Assembly: GCA_976551045.1 (NCBI GenBank)
Contig: CDPCPM010000057.1
Coordinates: 3,100,001 to 3,164,000, forward strand
Reading direction: 5' to 3'
DNA from: Glaucostegus cemiculus
Taxonomy: Eukaryota
Length of the DNA: 64,000 nt
In this document: positions 13,566 through 27,432 of the stretch, piece after piece
Position numbering within the stretch: position 1 is the first letter of the stretch
Layout of the letters: every line of letters starts with the position of its first letter
Made by a program: the position numbers and the translations under genes
The notes under the pieces: model-generated
What the model was told of the DNA's origin: nothing
Database searches by the model: none
Seen by the model: only the letters and a program-made list of their open reading frames with translations

Positions 13566-13976
13566 GCTCTGATAATCTGGTATTCTGGGGCCTTTGGTGT
13601 AGGACTAGCAAATTTTCTGGACTATTGGATGTTACTCATTACCAAAACACACATTTGTTTTGCATGTTTCACGGTGGTATAATTTTCCAGTGAATCTTGT
13701 AAGTTAAAAGGGAGTACAGTAAAAACAACCAGGTGAGTTTCAGTTCTTAAACATGCAAGAATAGCAAACCCCAGTTCTGGCTGCATACTTGCCACACTCT
13801 GGGGCCCAGCTCTGGCCACATTTTCCTGACCCCGCTGGTATTCTTGAGCCAATCCAGGTAGCAGCCCCACACTCAGTAAAACATAACTGACCTCACAGGT
13901 TCTGATGAATGAGCCAGATGTTGTGCCATCAGGATTTCCAAACAATCAGATGTTGGATTATCACAATTTCACTGTA
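13566..13976. mobile_element. Degraded non-autonomous DNA transposon (Tigger/pogo-like MITE)
   Basis: Ends gataatctgg... and ...ggattatcacaatttcactgta are loosely inverted. A related left end, cagtaaaactcttgataatctg, occurs at about 10381. Confidence 0.35.
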
Positions 13977-14493
13977 TGTCTTCCAACCTGGGAAGGATCC
14001 ATTTTATGCCCGTTGTTAGCCAGCCAGTCTTCTGTCCGTGCAGAACCTATTCACGCTGTTATCCTTCTATTTACATAGAGATCCTACCAACATGTTAGAT
14101 AACCCTTTTACAGAGTTTCCTGGGGGTTAAATGTTGGGCAGCATAGTTGGTGCAATGCTCTACTTAAAGCCCTGTGAGACCTTTAAATTCTGCACAAGAG
14201 GGTGAATATAGTAAGATTTTATAAATCATGAATAATCATGTGCAAGGATAAACTTTGTACACAATTGGATAATGTTTCTGTAATAGCAGAATTAGAATGC
14301 AATCCAGCATCCTGTCTTCAGCTAGTTATTATGGAGAAAATTTACAGGTTTTTCTTGCAAAATAGCTGACTTCCAAGTTCTACATGTAGGAAGTCAAGTA
14401 ATTATTGAAAGATGTTTGCTTTGAAATTTTAGATGTAACTTTCAATGTTGAGAGCTGAAGAGTTTGTCTCTCAACTGTTCTCAATCATTTTAG

Positions 14494-14622
14494 GAGGAAT
14501 ATGAAGAGGATGAGGAGGAAGAGGAGGATGATGACGATACTGGTATTGAGGATGGTGATGGTGAAGACAGTAATGAGGGTAGTCCTGAGGGAGAAGATAA
14601 TTATGATGATGGCAACGTTGAG
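14494..14622 (+). CDS. TPR: TPR coding exon, acidic tract
   Basis: tttag| and gag|gtatgc. EEYEEDEEEEEDDDDTGIEDGDGEDSNEG... Confidence 0.9.
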
Positions 14623-15925
14623 GTATGCAAGGTTTTTGAGATCTACACATGTTAGTTTGAAGCTAGCTAAAGTGTCACATTGAGAATTTTTCATGGAAGA
14701 TTTGGTTCAAGATACTTAAATGCCTCTCCGTTCTTCTCTGTCCCACCTTTATGGAATTTACTGATCATTTTAAGTGTTCAGTTTGGGTCACCCCTCAAGC
14801 AGCTCAACTCGAGAGTAAACTAGGCAAATTTGTGCAACTTGTCACCACTAAAACCTTTTGATTCCTGTTCGTGAACTTGAGCTACTTTACCAAAAGCAAA
14901 GCTCTTTCCTGGAGTTTTGTGATTGTACCTGAATGCCATACTCCATGTATGATGTACCCAAAGCTCCATACAGATGAAATGTCACTTTTTCAATTACAGC
15001 TTCTTTGAAATAACAGTCACCGTTCAATTAGCCTCTTTTTTTTCTTCTATTTATCTTTGCTCTAATATGTGACAGCCTTTTTTTCTTGAAACACTGCACT
15101 CATTAATCTTGTCACAGAAATATAATTTATGTAAATCTGTGGTAGATGACCCTATAAAGCTTAATGTTAAATTCTTATCTGCCAAAGGTTTTCACACTTG
15201 CTATGTCTTTGATCTTTCACAACTCTTTCATATTCCATCTGAACGATTACTGTACAGTCTTTAAGAGGGCCAGGGCACCTGTTTATGGAGTTAAGAGCTT
15301 CAATCTGTCATAGGCCAGGTAATAACTATTCTCCTTGTGGGGTGGCTATGCGGGAACTATTTGGAATTGGGGTGAAATTGGAATATTTTAACCACTCGGT
15401 GAGAGGGCTTGGTGTGGGAGCCAGTGATTCGGAGCTGTTGCATGATGACCTGTTAATAACATTTTATTAAGGCCTTGGTTTGTGAGAGTTTGCATAGCTA
15501 AAATGGTCCTATTGGTAGAGTAGTAGTAGAGGTAGAAGTGATATGATGGTATTTTGCAACTTGCGTTTAGCGTCTTGAAGGTGACCAACACCTGGAAAAG
15601 ACCAAGCAGTGTGTCCTCATGGAATGATTGTGAATTTAAAAAAATACATGCAATCTATAAAGGATGCAACATTTCCTTGAGTGCAGTTTACTTCAATGTT
15701 TTGCTGGAAAAAGTATCTGCTTTCAGCTAGTTGTCTCTTTTTTTTGTTGAAGGACTTTCTAAATTGGTATGATCTGGGAGTTTACCTTTGATTTTTGGCC
15801 TTTTTTAGGTCATTGTAATGTTTGGTGATGTTTTCCTGCTGCTGAAGTTAAGTTTTCACAGATTACCTGTTGGATGATGTTTGCTGAAACCTCTACATTC
15901 TTAATCAAGACTGCTTTTCACACAG

Positions 15926-15998
15926 GTTGCTGATGGGACAGATCCTAGTACAGACGAGCAAACTACAAGAGAAAGTACTCAAATCTCAGAGGATAATT
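15926..15998 (+). CDS. TPR: TPR coding exon
   Basis: cacag| and t|gtaagt. VADGTDPSTDEQTT... (human: GGDGTDPGTETEE). Phase fits both neighbours. Confidence 0.85.
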
Positions 15999-17157
15999 GT
16001 AAGTCTTAGTAAATTCCTGGCATTTAAAACAGAACTTGATTGTAAAATGTAAAGTACAGATGAAAAGCATTGGTATTTAAATATTTTACTGAGTGATTTT
16101 TGTGACATATTTTGTGTAAAATTTCCTTCTTGCCTCTTAACTCATTTATCAGTCTCTTGGTTTTGTTAAAATATCCAACAATACCAATGAAGCATTAACT
16201 TTTGTTGTGGAAAGGGCAGAGTTTCATGGCAGTGATATGATGTGCACTGCTCATTACCCACGAAGCCCACATATAAAATGAAGGTAGCTCCACCTTCATT
16301 AAAGAGGATCTCCAGGGCCTTGTGGATGTAAGTGAAATTGAGTGGTGAGGTTTTAACAAGTCCTGCCAACGTGAATGCTGAAAATAAGCTGTTCAGCAGC
16401 TGGCTAGGCCATGCTCCTGGCCTGAACTACTGTTAGCTGGTTTGAATGACATTCTTAATGACTAGTTAGACTGACATTCAACAATTTTCAACAGTCCTCT
16501 CTCTGAAAAATTAAGCAATTAAAATAATTCAGAAAAATTAAAATGCTTTAATTGGTAACATAAAGTTAATTTGGTTCTTTTAAAATCACAGCTGGGAATG
16601 ACCTCAAATGTTGTCATTTGCAGCTGTTTCATTCCTTTGAAATGAATGGAGTCACTGAACCTGCACCAAGTCCAACTTCCTTCTGGTGTAGGTTTGGCAG
16701 GCAGATCCCCCAGTGAAAGCAAATAGCTGAACTCCAGCAATCATCTTTCAGAATTTCCTGTTTTTTATGTCAGGGAATGCCAACAGTTCAACCATTTCTG
16801 TCACTTGTCCTTGTCTCAATTAGAGTAGAATTAAATCCTTCACAATCTTTTAAGATTGTGCACACAGCGATGTTGGTCACTAATGATGGAATATATAGAT
16901 TTAGTGTATTGGGCAACATTATGTCATTATTTGTGTTACATACTTCTAGAGAAGAAAGAATGGGGTTAGTTTTGTGAAGCTTCAAATCTTGTATCAAGTG
17001 GGCATTTTTATTTCACCAAGTATTTTTAGCATAGAAATTTCAACCATGAAATAATTTTAATTTTGCAAAATGTGCAATTTAGAAAATCTAATTATAATAT
17101 AATACAATGTACTAAAATTTCCCAGCAACAAGTATAATATTTACATTTTGTCAATAG

Positions 17158-17339
17158 CTGGAGGTGAAGGTTGTGTCACCACTACAGAGTCATACACTCC
17201 AGAAGCTCCAAGAGAGCAACAGACAGTTGCTGAAAGACAAGCTTCACGAGCTCGACGATCACCAAGGAGACCACCGCATCCTCTTCCTCCAAGACTAACC
17301 ATTCAACCTCCAGCTCCAGAACTGGGACCACCTGCACAG
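17158..17339 (+). CDS. TPR: TPR coding exon
   Basis: aatag| and cag|gtgctt. ...[36 protein letters not shown]. Confidence 0.93.
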
Positions 17340-18235
17340 GTGCTTAAAGCTAAGCTGGCATATGTTCTTTTTCTTAAATATTTTGATATCCACATGAAAC
17401 TTTGTGGGCCAATAGTTTCTTATAATTGTTCGCAAACTGAAATCAATCATGTCATTTTCTCATATAGTTTATTGCATGTTGACCTGTAACTGGAAAATGG
17501 CAAATGTTTTTGTATCAGGATTAGCAATACAGCGATCAACAGCAATTTATTTATACATTGTTGTATGTTCTTCAGACCAATCTGTGTGTAAATTACAAAA
17601 TACCCCTCAATTTTGTAGCATCTGTTCCAGCGGTGTACTTTATTCATCCAATCTGTTAAGTTTTTTGTCATGTGTGGTGTACTCAAATTTGCATATGTAA
17701 GTTTGCAATTCCCATCTACTTTCCTTGCTGAGTTTCTTCCCGTTTTTGAATTGCTAATTTATACCATGCACCTACAGACCATTAGACTGAATTTGGTGAG
17801 CTGGGGATATGTTCACAAAGTATCTTGATTATTGAAATCAGTGGTTCCAAATACCCGTCTCCCTGAATCTGGTTGATTGCTTCTGCTCAAAAGGAAATAT
17901 TTTTGGAAACACCCTGTTGTGAAATGGACTATGTTCATGAGTTGGTATTTTTATTTGGAATATTGCCTTTCCTAATGCATGTGAACACTACGGCTGCTCG
18001 GGTTACGGAAATCTGCCCTTACGAAAAAATGAAAATAATATTTGCTCCACACTTTCTTGATGAATGCACGGGTGATTTGACTTCACGTTTCAGAAAATCG
18101 TGATTACAGGCTGTTTTCTAGGAACACAAACCCCGCCCCCGGTAATGCAGGGATTGCATGTACCTGTCTTGTCTGTTACTAAATTCTCTCTATTAACTAA
18201 AATTTATCCTAGAATCCAGTGAGTAACAAACAGTC

Positions 18236-18690
18236 TTGTCTCCACATTACAGAAAGGATGTGGAGGCTTTGGAGAGGGTACAGAAGAATTTTACCAGGAT
18301 GTTGCCAGGATTAGAGATTATTAGCTCTAAGGAGAGGTTGAATAAGCGTCAGAGGCTGAGGGGTAACTTCGTAGAAGTTTATAAAATTATGAGAGGCATA
18401 GATAAGGTAGAGTTTTTCTCCCCCAAGGTGGAAATGTCATATACTGAAGGGCATAGATTCAAGCTAAAGGGGAAAGTTTGAAGGAGATTTACATTTTTTT
18501 TATGTACAGTGTTAGGTGCTGGGCATACCCTGCCAGGGGAGGTGGTGGAAGCTAATACCATAGCAATATTTAAGAGGCATTTCAATAGATGCATAAACAG
18601 GCAGGGAATTGAGGGATATAGACCACATCCAGGCAGAAGTGGAGTTTCTAGATAACTAGGTAATTATGAACATAGTCCTGTTCTATGTTC
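18236..18690 (+). mobile_element. CR1-type LINE 3' fragment
   Basis: SPHYRKDVEALERVQKNFTRMLPGL...RLRGNFVEVYKIMRGIDKV, followed by a tgttcta-type tail. Confidence 0.85.
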
Positions 18691-19655
18691 TATTTCTGTG
18701 TTGTTGCCCTTTTACTACCAATCTGGAACATGTTTAAGCACTAAAATTATGGAATTATACTGTCATTGCTTCCTCCTGGAAATGCCGTGTGTTTTCCATC
18801 ATCAGTTACTGTTTTGACAGAAACTACTCAGTTTTTCTCTATATCTCATAGGTTTAGTATTTTGTTGTTTTCCTCTGCTCGCTTTTTCCAACACCTTCCC
18901 TTGAATACTTTTAGGGTGGGGTGATGGAAGGGAGAGTAGGCTGGGTAGCAAGAGCCCCTGGTCAGAGTAAAGAAAAGAAGGCAACAGAAAGAAAATGTCC
19001 TAGTATTTCCCCAACCAGCTAGGTGCCCATTGTCTGGGAGCCCAGTCCTCTGACAGTCCTCTGTGGTAGCCATTGCTAAGGTTAATGCAGATGGTAGCTG
19101 GTTGTAGACTTGGCTACATCCAAATTTCATCATGCATGTTTTTAATTTTACCTCTGAGTCAGACAGCAATGGATTTGGGTTCCACTCCAGATACTTCAGC
19201 ACAAAAGTGCAGGGTGAAACTCCAGTGCCATATCTCCTTGGAGGTGCCACCTTTTAATTTGTACAGATGTAAAATTTCAAGGCACAATATGAATATCTGG
19301 ACGTTTCTTTACCTCTAGGCTGATATTTATTCTTTAAACTTTAATTTCTCTGGTCATCAAAATATTGGTATATGTCAGATTTTGTTGGGTGGCAATAGTT
19401 ATTTGGTTCTTATTGTTCTTTTGTTTAGTTTCTGAGTTTGTATTAAAATGAGGTTGCACAGGAAAATATTTTGTAAGGCCCTCAGTACAAGAATTATTAC
19501 TCAAATGGACACCTTCCAAAATCAGATTTAAAATGTGGCCTGTTTCATAAGCTTTGCATGATGTGTTGGTCTCTCTGTTTTAATAATTGAACACCTTTTA
19601 AGGATTGGAGTTTTTCATAATATTTGTTAGAATAATGGTCCTTCCTATTACTCAG

Positions 19656-19727
19656 AGATTTCCACCAGCGAGGCGGCCTTCATCAAGTCGAGGAGGGATC
19701 CAGCTTACTCCAGGCATTGGCGGTGTG
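19656..19727 (+). CDS. TPR: TPR coding exon
   Basis: ctcag| and gtg|gtaagt. RFPPARRPSSSRGGIQLTPGIGGV (human: GRGLQLTPGIGGM). Confidence 0.9.
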
Positions 19728-20193
19728 GTAAGTAACCTAATACTTCGTGCATTATGTAGGAATTATGTACTGCTGTGCTGAGGTTATTTTCTTCCAAGCT
19801 GCTAAGGATTGTCTTTTATGGTCACTTGCCGATCATCTTAGAAAGTACAAATCAACAAGTTTGAATGACAAGCACGTTGTCCATTTACTGGTGGTTTTAT
19901 TCAGAGCGCAAATATGATTTGTGGCAATAGATCTTCTGTCTGCATTAACGCCAATTAACAAGGCCCACCATTAATGTCTCATTTTCATGATCTTCTGATA
20001 CAGCATGCTCTCAGTCTTGCAAAATAAGTGTCGGTGCACGCATGTGTGTGTGTGTATTAATTTTGAGTTTTGAAATGCTATTGTCTTATTTAAAATCCTA
20101 TGTTTGTGGTCAGAGAATGCAGTATTGGTACTATTTGTCTTGTTTTCTAAAAATAATGTTTTTCTTTGACTGGTCTTTACCATTGTCTTACAG

Positions 20194-20288
20194 CAGCAAC
20201 ATTTCTTTGATGAAGATGACAGAATGGTGCCCAGCACACCGACACTTGTTGTGCCCCACCGATCAGATGGGTTTGCAGAAGCCATTCA
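20194..20288 (+). CDS. TPR: TPR coding exon
   Basis: tacag|cag NAGNAG acceptor, ca|gtaagg donor. [31 protein letters not shown]. Confidence 0.95.
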
Positions 20289-20691
20289 GTAAGGGGATTT
20301 CTCTTTTATTGCCCTCAAAGTTCAAAATAAAGCATCTTCTTTCAAAATGTCTTGAATAAACAGGAGGCACGTTTTTGTACGACAATATAACAAGTAAAAT
20401 TCTGAGTGGTGAAGATTTGTGACTGACTGGCTTTTTATTCTGATTGGTTATGATCTTTTAAGATGGGGGAGTCAAGAACAAGTTTGTAGAGACCGCTTTT
20501 GAAAGTTGGTGAGCTTCAAATAAATATAAGAGAAACCAACTTTTTCCATGACATTGATATGCTTATTTTAAACAGTGGTTGGCTATTCAAAATTAGGAAG
20601 TCCATGCCTTGCTAGGTGTTTTGAATTTGTTTGGTTTTTACACTTCTGTGCAATTCTGAATTTAAAAACTCATCTTAGAAACTCTGGTTAG

Positions 20692-20798
20692 TTCTCCTCA
20701 GGTTACAGGAGTCCCTCGCTTTAGGTTTGGACCACCTGAAGATATGAATCAGACTAGTTCAAGTCAGTCTGATCTTGGACAATTGGCATCCCAAGGAG
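20692..20798 (+). CDS. TPR: TPR coding exon
   Basis: gttag| and g|gtaata. [35 protein letters not shown]. Confidence 0.95.
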
Positions 20799-21939
20799 GT
20801 AATATTTTGACAAAAAATTCTAAATCTCTTCAACATAAATGCAGCGTATTATGGAGGACCTTGAAAATCAGTCTCATAATCCATGCTTCCATCACTGGAC
20901 CGAACTGTGGCCGATGATCTCCTGAAGAGAACTGGCATTCTGCTGGTCAGTGAAGTAGGTTGTGGATTTGGTCAGGTAAATTATGAAAGTGGAAGTCTGA
21001 GACATACTGGCGTATGGGGGGGTGGGAGTGATGGCACCACAAAGCCCTGCCTTGCTAGGATTCTCCATCATTACTTGGGAGAAGCGCCACTCTGACCCTG
21101 CACAGGATCAGAAACCTTGTTGATTTTAGGAGGTAATAAGTTTTATAAATTTGCTTTACTTTAATATTTTTAATATTTGTTATTCAATTAATTCAATTTT
21201 GGTAAATTTTAATTATCTCTGAATGTCAGAGATGATTAAGCACTCAAAATCATAAGTTTTGACAGAAGATAACACTCCACTCCCAGCTTTTTCTTCTGTC
21301 AGGGACATCTGGGAACTTCATGGGTGGAGCATGTACACTGTGCTGCCGTTGGCCCAGCTGCCAACCAGAACACACTGCTGGAATTAGATGGAGAAGGCCA
21401 GTGAAAGGGGCATTCTGCATTTGGCAATGAAAATAAGAGAGTAGGTTGACCACAAGTGGCCATCCTGAGTGGGTGAGCCAGGGCAACACTATTCAGCACT
21501 TTGGTAATAATGATTTAGATGCTTTTTGAAGAGTAACACCTCTGGTACTTCAGATGTTTTTTTTCGCTTTATACTTCCGTTACCTTGATTTTTTTTTCAT
21601 AATGAAGGGAACAACTCTGAAAGTTTAGAAGTGTCTTTTTCATTGACAAGTGATCTTCATTCTGATTCTTTTAACGTTTTGCTGAATGGAACTGAATTAT
21701 TTTCATGTCACAAAATTGACCCTCTGAGTCAATTACAAATTGAATCAATGGTAACAATCAGTATGGGAGCAGAGGTGGTACTTGATGTGGAGCAGCTCCA
21801 GCTATCTCATTTAAATTTGAAGAGAGCACCTAAGTAGTCTAAATTTAGTCTAAATTAAATATTGGAAGAAGTTTTTTCCAAAAGGTAAGGTTATGTTCTG
21901 AAGTGTTGCTATAGAGTAAACAATGTAGCTAGCTGCCAC

Positions 21940-22755
21940 ATAGTTATACAACACAGAAATGGGCCCATCGGTCCACCACATTCGTGCCGACCTTTCTGCC
22001 CATCTGTATCTATACCAATCCCATTTGCCAGCACTAGGTTGTATCCTCTTCTGCCTTGCTTATTTAGGTGCCTGTCTTAAATGTCTTTTTAAACGTAGTG
22101 ATTGTACCTGATCCCACCACTTCCTCTGGCAGTGAGTTCTATCAACCACTGTCTGCTTAAAACTCCTTTCATCTTAAACCAATTCCCTCTTGTTTTTGAT
22201 TCTCCTACCACAGGGAAAAGATTCTGACCATCTCCCCTATCTCTGCCTTTTTAATTTTATATACCTCTATCAGGTCATCCCTTGGTCTCCTTCACTGAAA
22301 ACAAGCCCAGCCTGTCCAATCTCTCCCATAACTCAAGTCCTCCAATTCAGGCAACATCTTGGTGAATCTCTGCAGTACAACCATATCCTTCCCATAGCAT
22401 GGTGACTAGAACGGCAAATAATGCTCCAAGTCTATCCTAACAAGTGTTTCATAAAATTGCAATATAATGTCCCAGTTTTGTATACTATGCCCTGTGACCT
22501 ATCAAGACAAGCATGCTGTATATGTTGCCACTTTCAGGGAACAGTGAGCTTGAGCCCCAAGGTCCCTCTGTTCATCAACACGCCTTAGCACCTTACCTTT
22601 TACTGAGATTTCCTAACCATATTTGACTTCCCAAAATGCATCACCTCGCACTTGTTGGGATTAAATTCCATCTGCCAATGTTCCACCAATTTCCCATCTG
22701 ATCTTTCTCTTCCTGTGGCCTCAGACAACCTTCTTCACTGTCAGCAACACCAACA
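21940..22755 (-). mobile_element. CR1-type LINE 3' fragment
   Basis: Reverse of the RT C-terminal region (aaaatgcatcacctcgcacttgttgggattaaattccatctgcca reads WQMEFNPNKCEVMHF) and a tail at about 21945. Confidence 0.75.
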
Positions 22756-22881
22756 TGAGATAATTGGGATCATTTACTGCTCATTGTTTGATCAGATCAC
22801 TGGCAGGTTTTTTTGCTTATTCTCATGATTTTTTTAAAAGTTGCTTTTGTGCTAATAAGTACCTTCACCATGGCTCTACAG

Positions 22882-22983
22882 GGTTAGGAATGTACGAGAC
22901 TCCCATTTACCTTGCTGCTGTTCATGAAGATGAATCTGGAGGCCGCAGTGTACCTACTACACCATTGCAAGTTCATGCACCAG
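22882..22983 (+). CDS. TPR: TPR coding exon
   Basis: tacag| and g|gtatgg. [33 protein letters not shown]. Confidence 0.95.
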
Positions 22984-24416
22984 GTATGGATTTGTTGAAA
23001 CTGCCCTAGTTGAAGAAAGAGCAACTGCACTGGGGATGGTGACTATAATATGCTGGTACTTTTACATTAAAACTTAAAATAACGAATTTCTCTTTGGTGT
23101 TTTTTGACAGTATAGAACAAATTTGGGCATTTGGTTTTTGCAATAAAATTTTTGAGAACTATAAATTGCAAACTTTAAATTACCTCATTTAGTGTTCTGA
23201 CTTTCCCTATTTAATCTCCACAAGGCAGAACTGCATAATAAAAAGAACTTTGTTTTTTTGCTGAGGTTGCTGTATGTAGTAACTCTTACTAAAGTTGGTC
23301 TGTTAATAATGCTGGATCATTCCTTGCAACCCTTCCTCTTCTTTCTGAACAACATGCTACCCCAGCACCAGCATTTGAAAACACAGTGGGCCAGATTTTG
23401 CACCTAGCAACTGATTAACACATTTCATGACCCTGGCACTTTCTTCAGACTTTGTGATTTTTGCACTGGAGCTTCTGCAATAGGATTGAAGCATTTTAAT
23501 GCATAGCAGTGTTTGAACTATGAAGTTAAGTTGGGATATTGGAAGTAACTGCCAATTCCAGTGGAGGCATCAAAATTGAAAGGGAAAGATGAGTTTATAT
23601 ATTTTTAAAAAGTCTGAAATAAAGAGTGGACTGTCACATCTCCCGTGATATTGAATGGCTTGAGGGACTACTCGAGATTATTCATCCCATTCCTTGAGTT
23701 GCTATTGTGTTTGGAGTGGTTTTTTTTCAAAATTAAATAGCTTGCTTTTTCTTTTCCCTTAAATTATTGTACTTTCATAAGACAGAACCACTTGTGGATT
23801 GTAATGATAGCTGAGGTTTTGCGATGGTGAACTCGGTGATTACACGATCAGTATTATGATTCCTTCAGTGATTTATTGATTCTGAAGATAGCTTGAGCCT
23901 TTGCATGTGTAATCACTGAGGTTGTAATGCATGGAAAATACATTGATGTTAAAAGCCAATGGTCGAGCTGGAAATATTGGCTTTCTTATAAGATGTAATA
24001 TCGTCACTGGGCATGTTCTCATTTTGTGAACGGGTTGCTGTGAGTTTAATTCTTTAATGCAAATGGAAACATGCCTGCTTAATCCTCAGAAAATTTTTAG
24101 CAGACATTATTATCTTAAAACAAGCATACAGTGTCACATGTGAGCATGTGTATGAATTAGGAGCTAGGAGTAGACTTGCCCGCTTGAGTCTTCTGATCTG
24201 ATTGTATGTTCTTGCAAATCCGTGGTAATATTTCATTCCCTTTGATTTTCAAGAGTCTGTCTATCTCTGCCTTAAAATATTCAAAGACTGCTTCCACTGT
24301 ACTTAGGTGAAAAATTCCCCTTCCCTCTGTCTTAAAATGGTGCCCCCTTTATTAAAAAGTGTCCCCAATTTTTAGAATCTCCCATACATATACATAACAA
24401 CTTTATATTCTTCCAG

Positions 24417-24576
24417 TGACTGTTTTCAATGAGGGACCACAAACAGATATAACTGAGCATGCCTCCCAGTCTGTTCCTATGGTTGCAACATCCACGAGCA
24501 ATCTATCCAGCACTGTTGAATCTGGAGGTGGCGATGATGGTGATGAAGTATTTATCGAAGGAGCAGACCAAGAAGG
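24417..24576 (+). CDS. TPR: TPR coding exon
   Basis: tccag| and gg|gtaaga. VTVFNEG...[14 protein letters not shown]...[15 protein letters not shown]. Confidence 0.93.
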
Positions 24577-24819
24577 GTAAGAAGAAAGACTAATGCCATT
24601 CACTATCAACATTTACTTTTAAGGACCACCTAAATCATTGACTCTTACAATTGATAATATTTTGTTACAGTTTTCTAAACAAAAATTTAACTCCTGCTTT
24701 AAAATAGCCTTCAGCAATTTAATTTGGTCTAGAATGTTGATTAAATTCTCAGTGGACTCTACATCAAAGATGAATTGACTGTGTATTGGAACAAGAAGGA
24801 ATAGACACTGTAAAGTACT

Positions 24820-26410
24820 AAATAATACTTTCCATTGGCACTCACAAAGGAAATGGACTTTGTAGTAGGAGGAATAAATAAGAACAAAGTACTTGATGCC
24901 TTGATGATCTTAAAGGTGGATAACTCCCAAGAACCGGATGAGATATATCCCAGGCTGTTACGGGAGGCAAGGGAAGAGATTGCTGGGGCTTTGAGATGTT
25001 CGCTGGCCACAAGTGAGCTACCAGATGACTGATGGATGGTAAACGCAGGTCCCCCTCTTCAAGAAGGGCAGCAAGGAAAAGCCTGGTAATTAGACTTGTG
25101 AGCCTAACATCAATAGTAGGGAAAGTAATTAGAAAAGATTGAGGGACAGAATTAGTGATTGCTTGGAAAGCAATGGACTGATCAGAGATGGCCAGCATGG
25201 CAGATCATGCCTGATCGATTGTATTACATATTTTGAAGAGTTAACAAAGTTTACAATTGAGGGCAGTGCAGTAGATGTGATTTACATGGACTTCAGTTGG
25301 GCCTGTCACAAGGTCCCACATAGGAGACCGAACCAAAAGGGCTAGGGTCCATGGGATCGAGGGCAAGCTGGTAAATTGGCTTAGCAATAGGAGACAGAGG
25401 GTGATGGTAGAGTGTTTTTATGATTTAGGTGCTGGTGACCAGTGAGTTCCACAGATCTCAGTGCTTGTACCCTTGCTATTTATAATACGTGATGCAGGGG
25501 GCATGATCAATAAGTGACCCAGATGACACTTATGCCAAAAGTCCATGATGTACCCTTTATTGAGACATGTTGCTCAGTGTACTGATTACCCAACTAGCCA
25601 TATTAATTCCTTGGACATCAAAATGTTGAAGAATGTACAAGGCATGGTTAATAAATTTGCAGGTGAATCTAAAATGGTGGTATCGTAGACAGTGAGGAAG
25701 GTCATCAAGAATTGCAGCAGGATCTTGATCAGTAGGGTAAGTGGGCCGAGGAATAGCAAATGAAGTTTAATTTAGATGAGTGTGAGGTGTTGCATTTTGG
25801 AAAGTTAAATCTATGTGGAACTTTCACAGTGAATGGTAGGACCCTGAGGAATGTTGTCTAACAGAGGGACCTTGGAGTTCAGGTACATGGTTCCCTGAAA
25901 GTGAAGTGACAGGTAGACAGGGTGGTGAAGAAAACTTTTGGTATGCTGACTTTCATCATTCAGGCCACTGAATAGAGAAGTTAGGATGTTACAGTTTTGC
26001 AAGATGTTGGTGAGGCTGCATTTGAAATATTGTGTTCAGTTTTGGTCACCCTACAATAGAAAAGATGTTACTAAACTGGAAAGAGGTTTTACAAGGATGT
26101 TGCGAGGACTCAAAGGACTGAGTTACAGAGGGAGGTTTGACAGGCTAGGACTTTATTCATTGCAGCATAGAAGACTGATGGGTGATATGTTGTAGAGGTG
26201 TATAAGTTCATGAGTGGCATAGGTAGAGTGGAGGCACTCAGTCTATTTCCCAGGGTTGAGGGCACAGGCTTAAGGTGAGAGGGGAAAGATTTAATAGGAA
26301 CTTCAGGGACAACTTTTTTTGTTACAAAAAGGGTGGTACTGATATGGAATGAGCTGCCAGAACTGGTTTAGGCAGGTAAAATACTTTTAAAAGACAGTTG
26401 TACAGGTTAC
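24820..26410 (+). mobile_element. CR1-type LINE ORF2 fragments (disrupted)
   Basis: Peptides LKVDNSQEPDEIYPRLLREAREEIAGAL, AVDVIYMDFS and LVRLHLKYCVQFWSPYNRKDV, with many frameshifts and stops. Confidence 0.9.
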
Positions 26411-27316
26411 TTTACAGATCAAACCTAATGATTTTCCATAACAATCTGCCTGTTGAATGGTGCCATGAATGTAACAAGGACTTATCCTCTTATTTTCACC
26501 CAATCATAAGATAAACTGTCAAACCAGAGCAGAATCTTGTCTCTATTACTTTGATGTTGAAAAATCTCTTTCTCTACCTGAACATTTCAAATGAAAGAAG
26601 CATCACATCCTTGATTCTATCCTGTTAGAGGCCAATCCCCATTATCAGTTTTGTTATCTATATAATGCAACATCATGCTCATCAGTGCAATGCAGCGATT
26701 TATGTATTAAATAATGTAAATTAAGTGTGGCATACAGTTAGTAGCTTAGTGGCTGAGCATTTTTGCTGAGCAACAGTTTGGTTCCATTTGAGAATGACAA
26801 AGCCAAAGGTATAAAGCAGTCCTGAGTGTTCAGTGCAGGATCTTGAGGTGAAAATTTGCTCAAGTAGTTGCTAACTGTGCCACCTCGGGTCTGCTTTCTA
26901 TGGCTTTATTTTTTATGTACATGTAGTTTGCATTTAAACAAGCATTTTCTTAATTCTGGCTGAGGGAGGGAGTTGTATTCATCAGATCAGTGATCTCTAC
27001 TGTTGTGCATTTGATAGTCTGGTTTAAAATCTCTTTGTTTTCTATTCCTTTTTCTTCAAATGCATAGGAATACTGAAACCAATCATCTGTCCAAGTGGCA
27101 GATTGGAAATCATAAGTACTTATCTCTGGAAGTTCATTGACATGGAGTTTTGATGCTCCAGAGTAGTGTTTATTTTATTTTTGTTTGTTTTAGTGTGACA
27201 TTTATGTTAATGTTTCATTTATAATTTTTTATAATGAGTTGCTCTTATGAGAAGGGTTTCACCCAATGCAATGGTTAGTAGATAAACTAAAGATGCCTTA
27301 CTTCCCTCCACCCCAG

Positions 27317-27432
27317 TCTCAGTTCAGATGTTATGTTGGAAATTGAAGGACATCAGGAGGAAGAATCTGCCCAGACTTCTGAAGAAGCAGATATCCCATC
27401 CACTAGCCAGGATCCTCCTTCCAGTTCAGCTG
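27317..27432 (+). CDS. TPR: TPR coding exon
   Basis: cccag| and g|gtatgt. [38 protein letters not shown]. Confidence 0.93.

Noticed and set aside
14501-14683. Arg/Met-rich ORF in the ORF track
   Set aside because: Wrong-frame reading of the acidic TPR exon 14494-14622.
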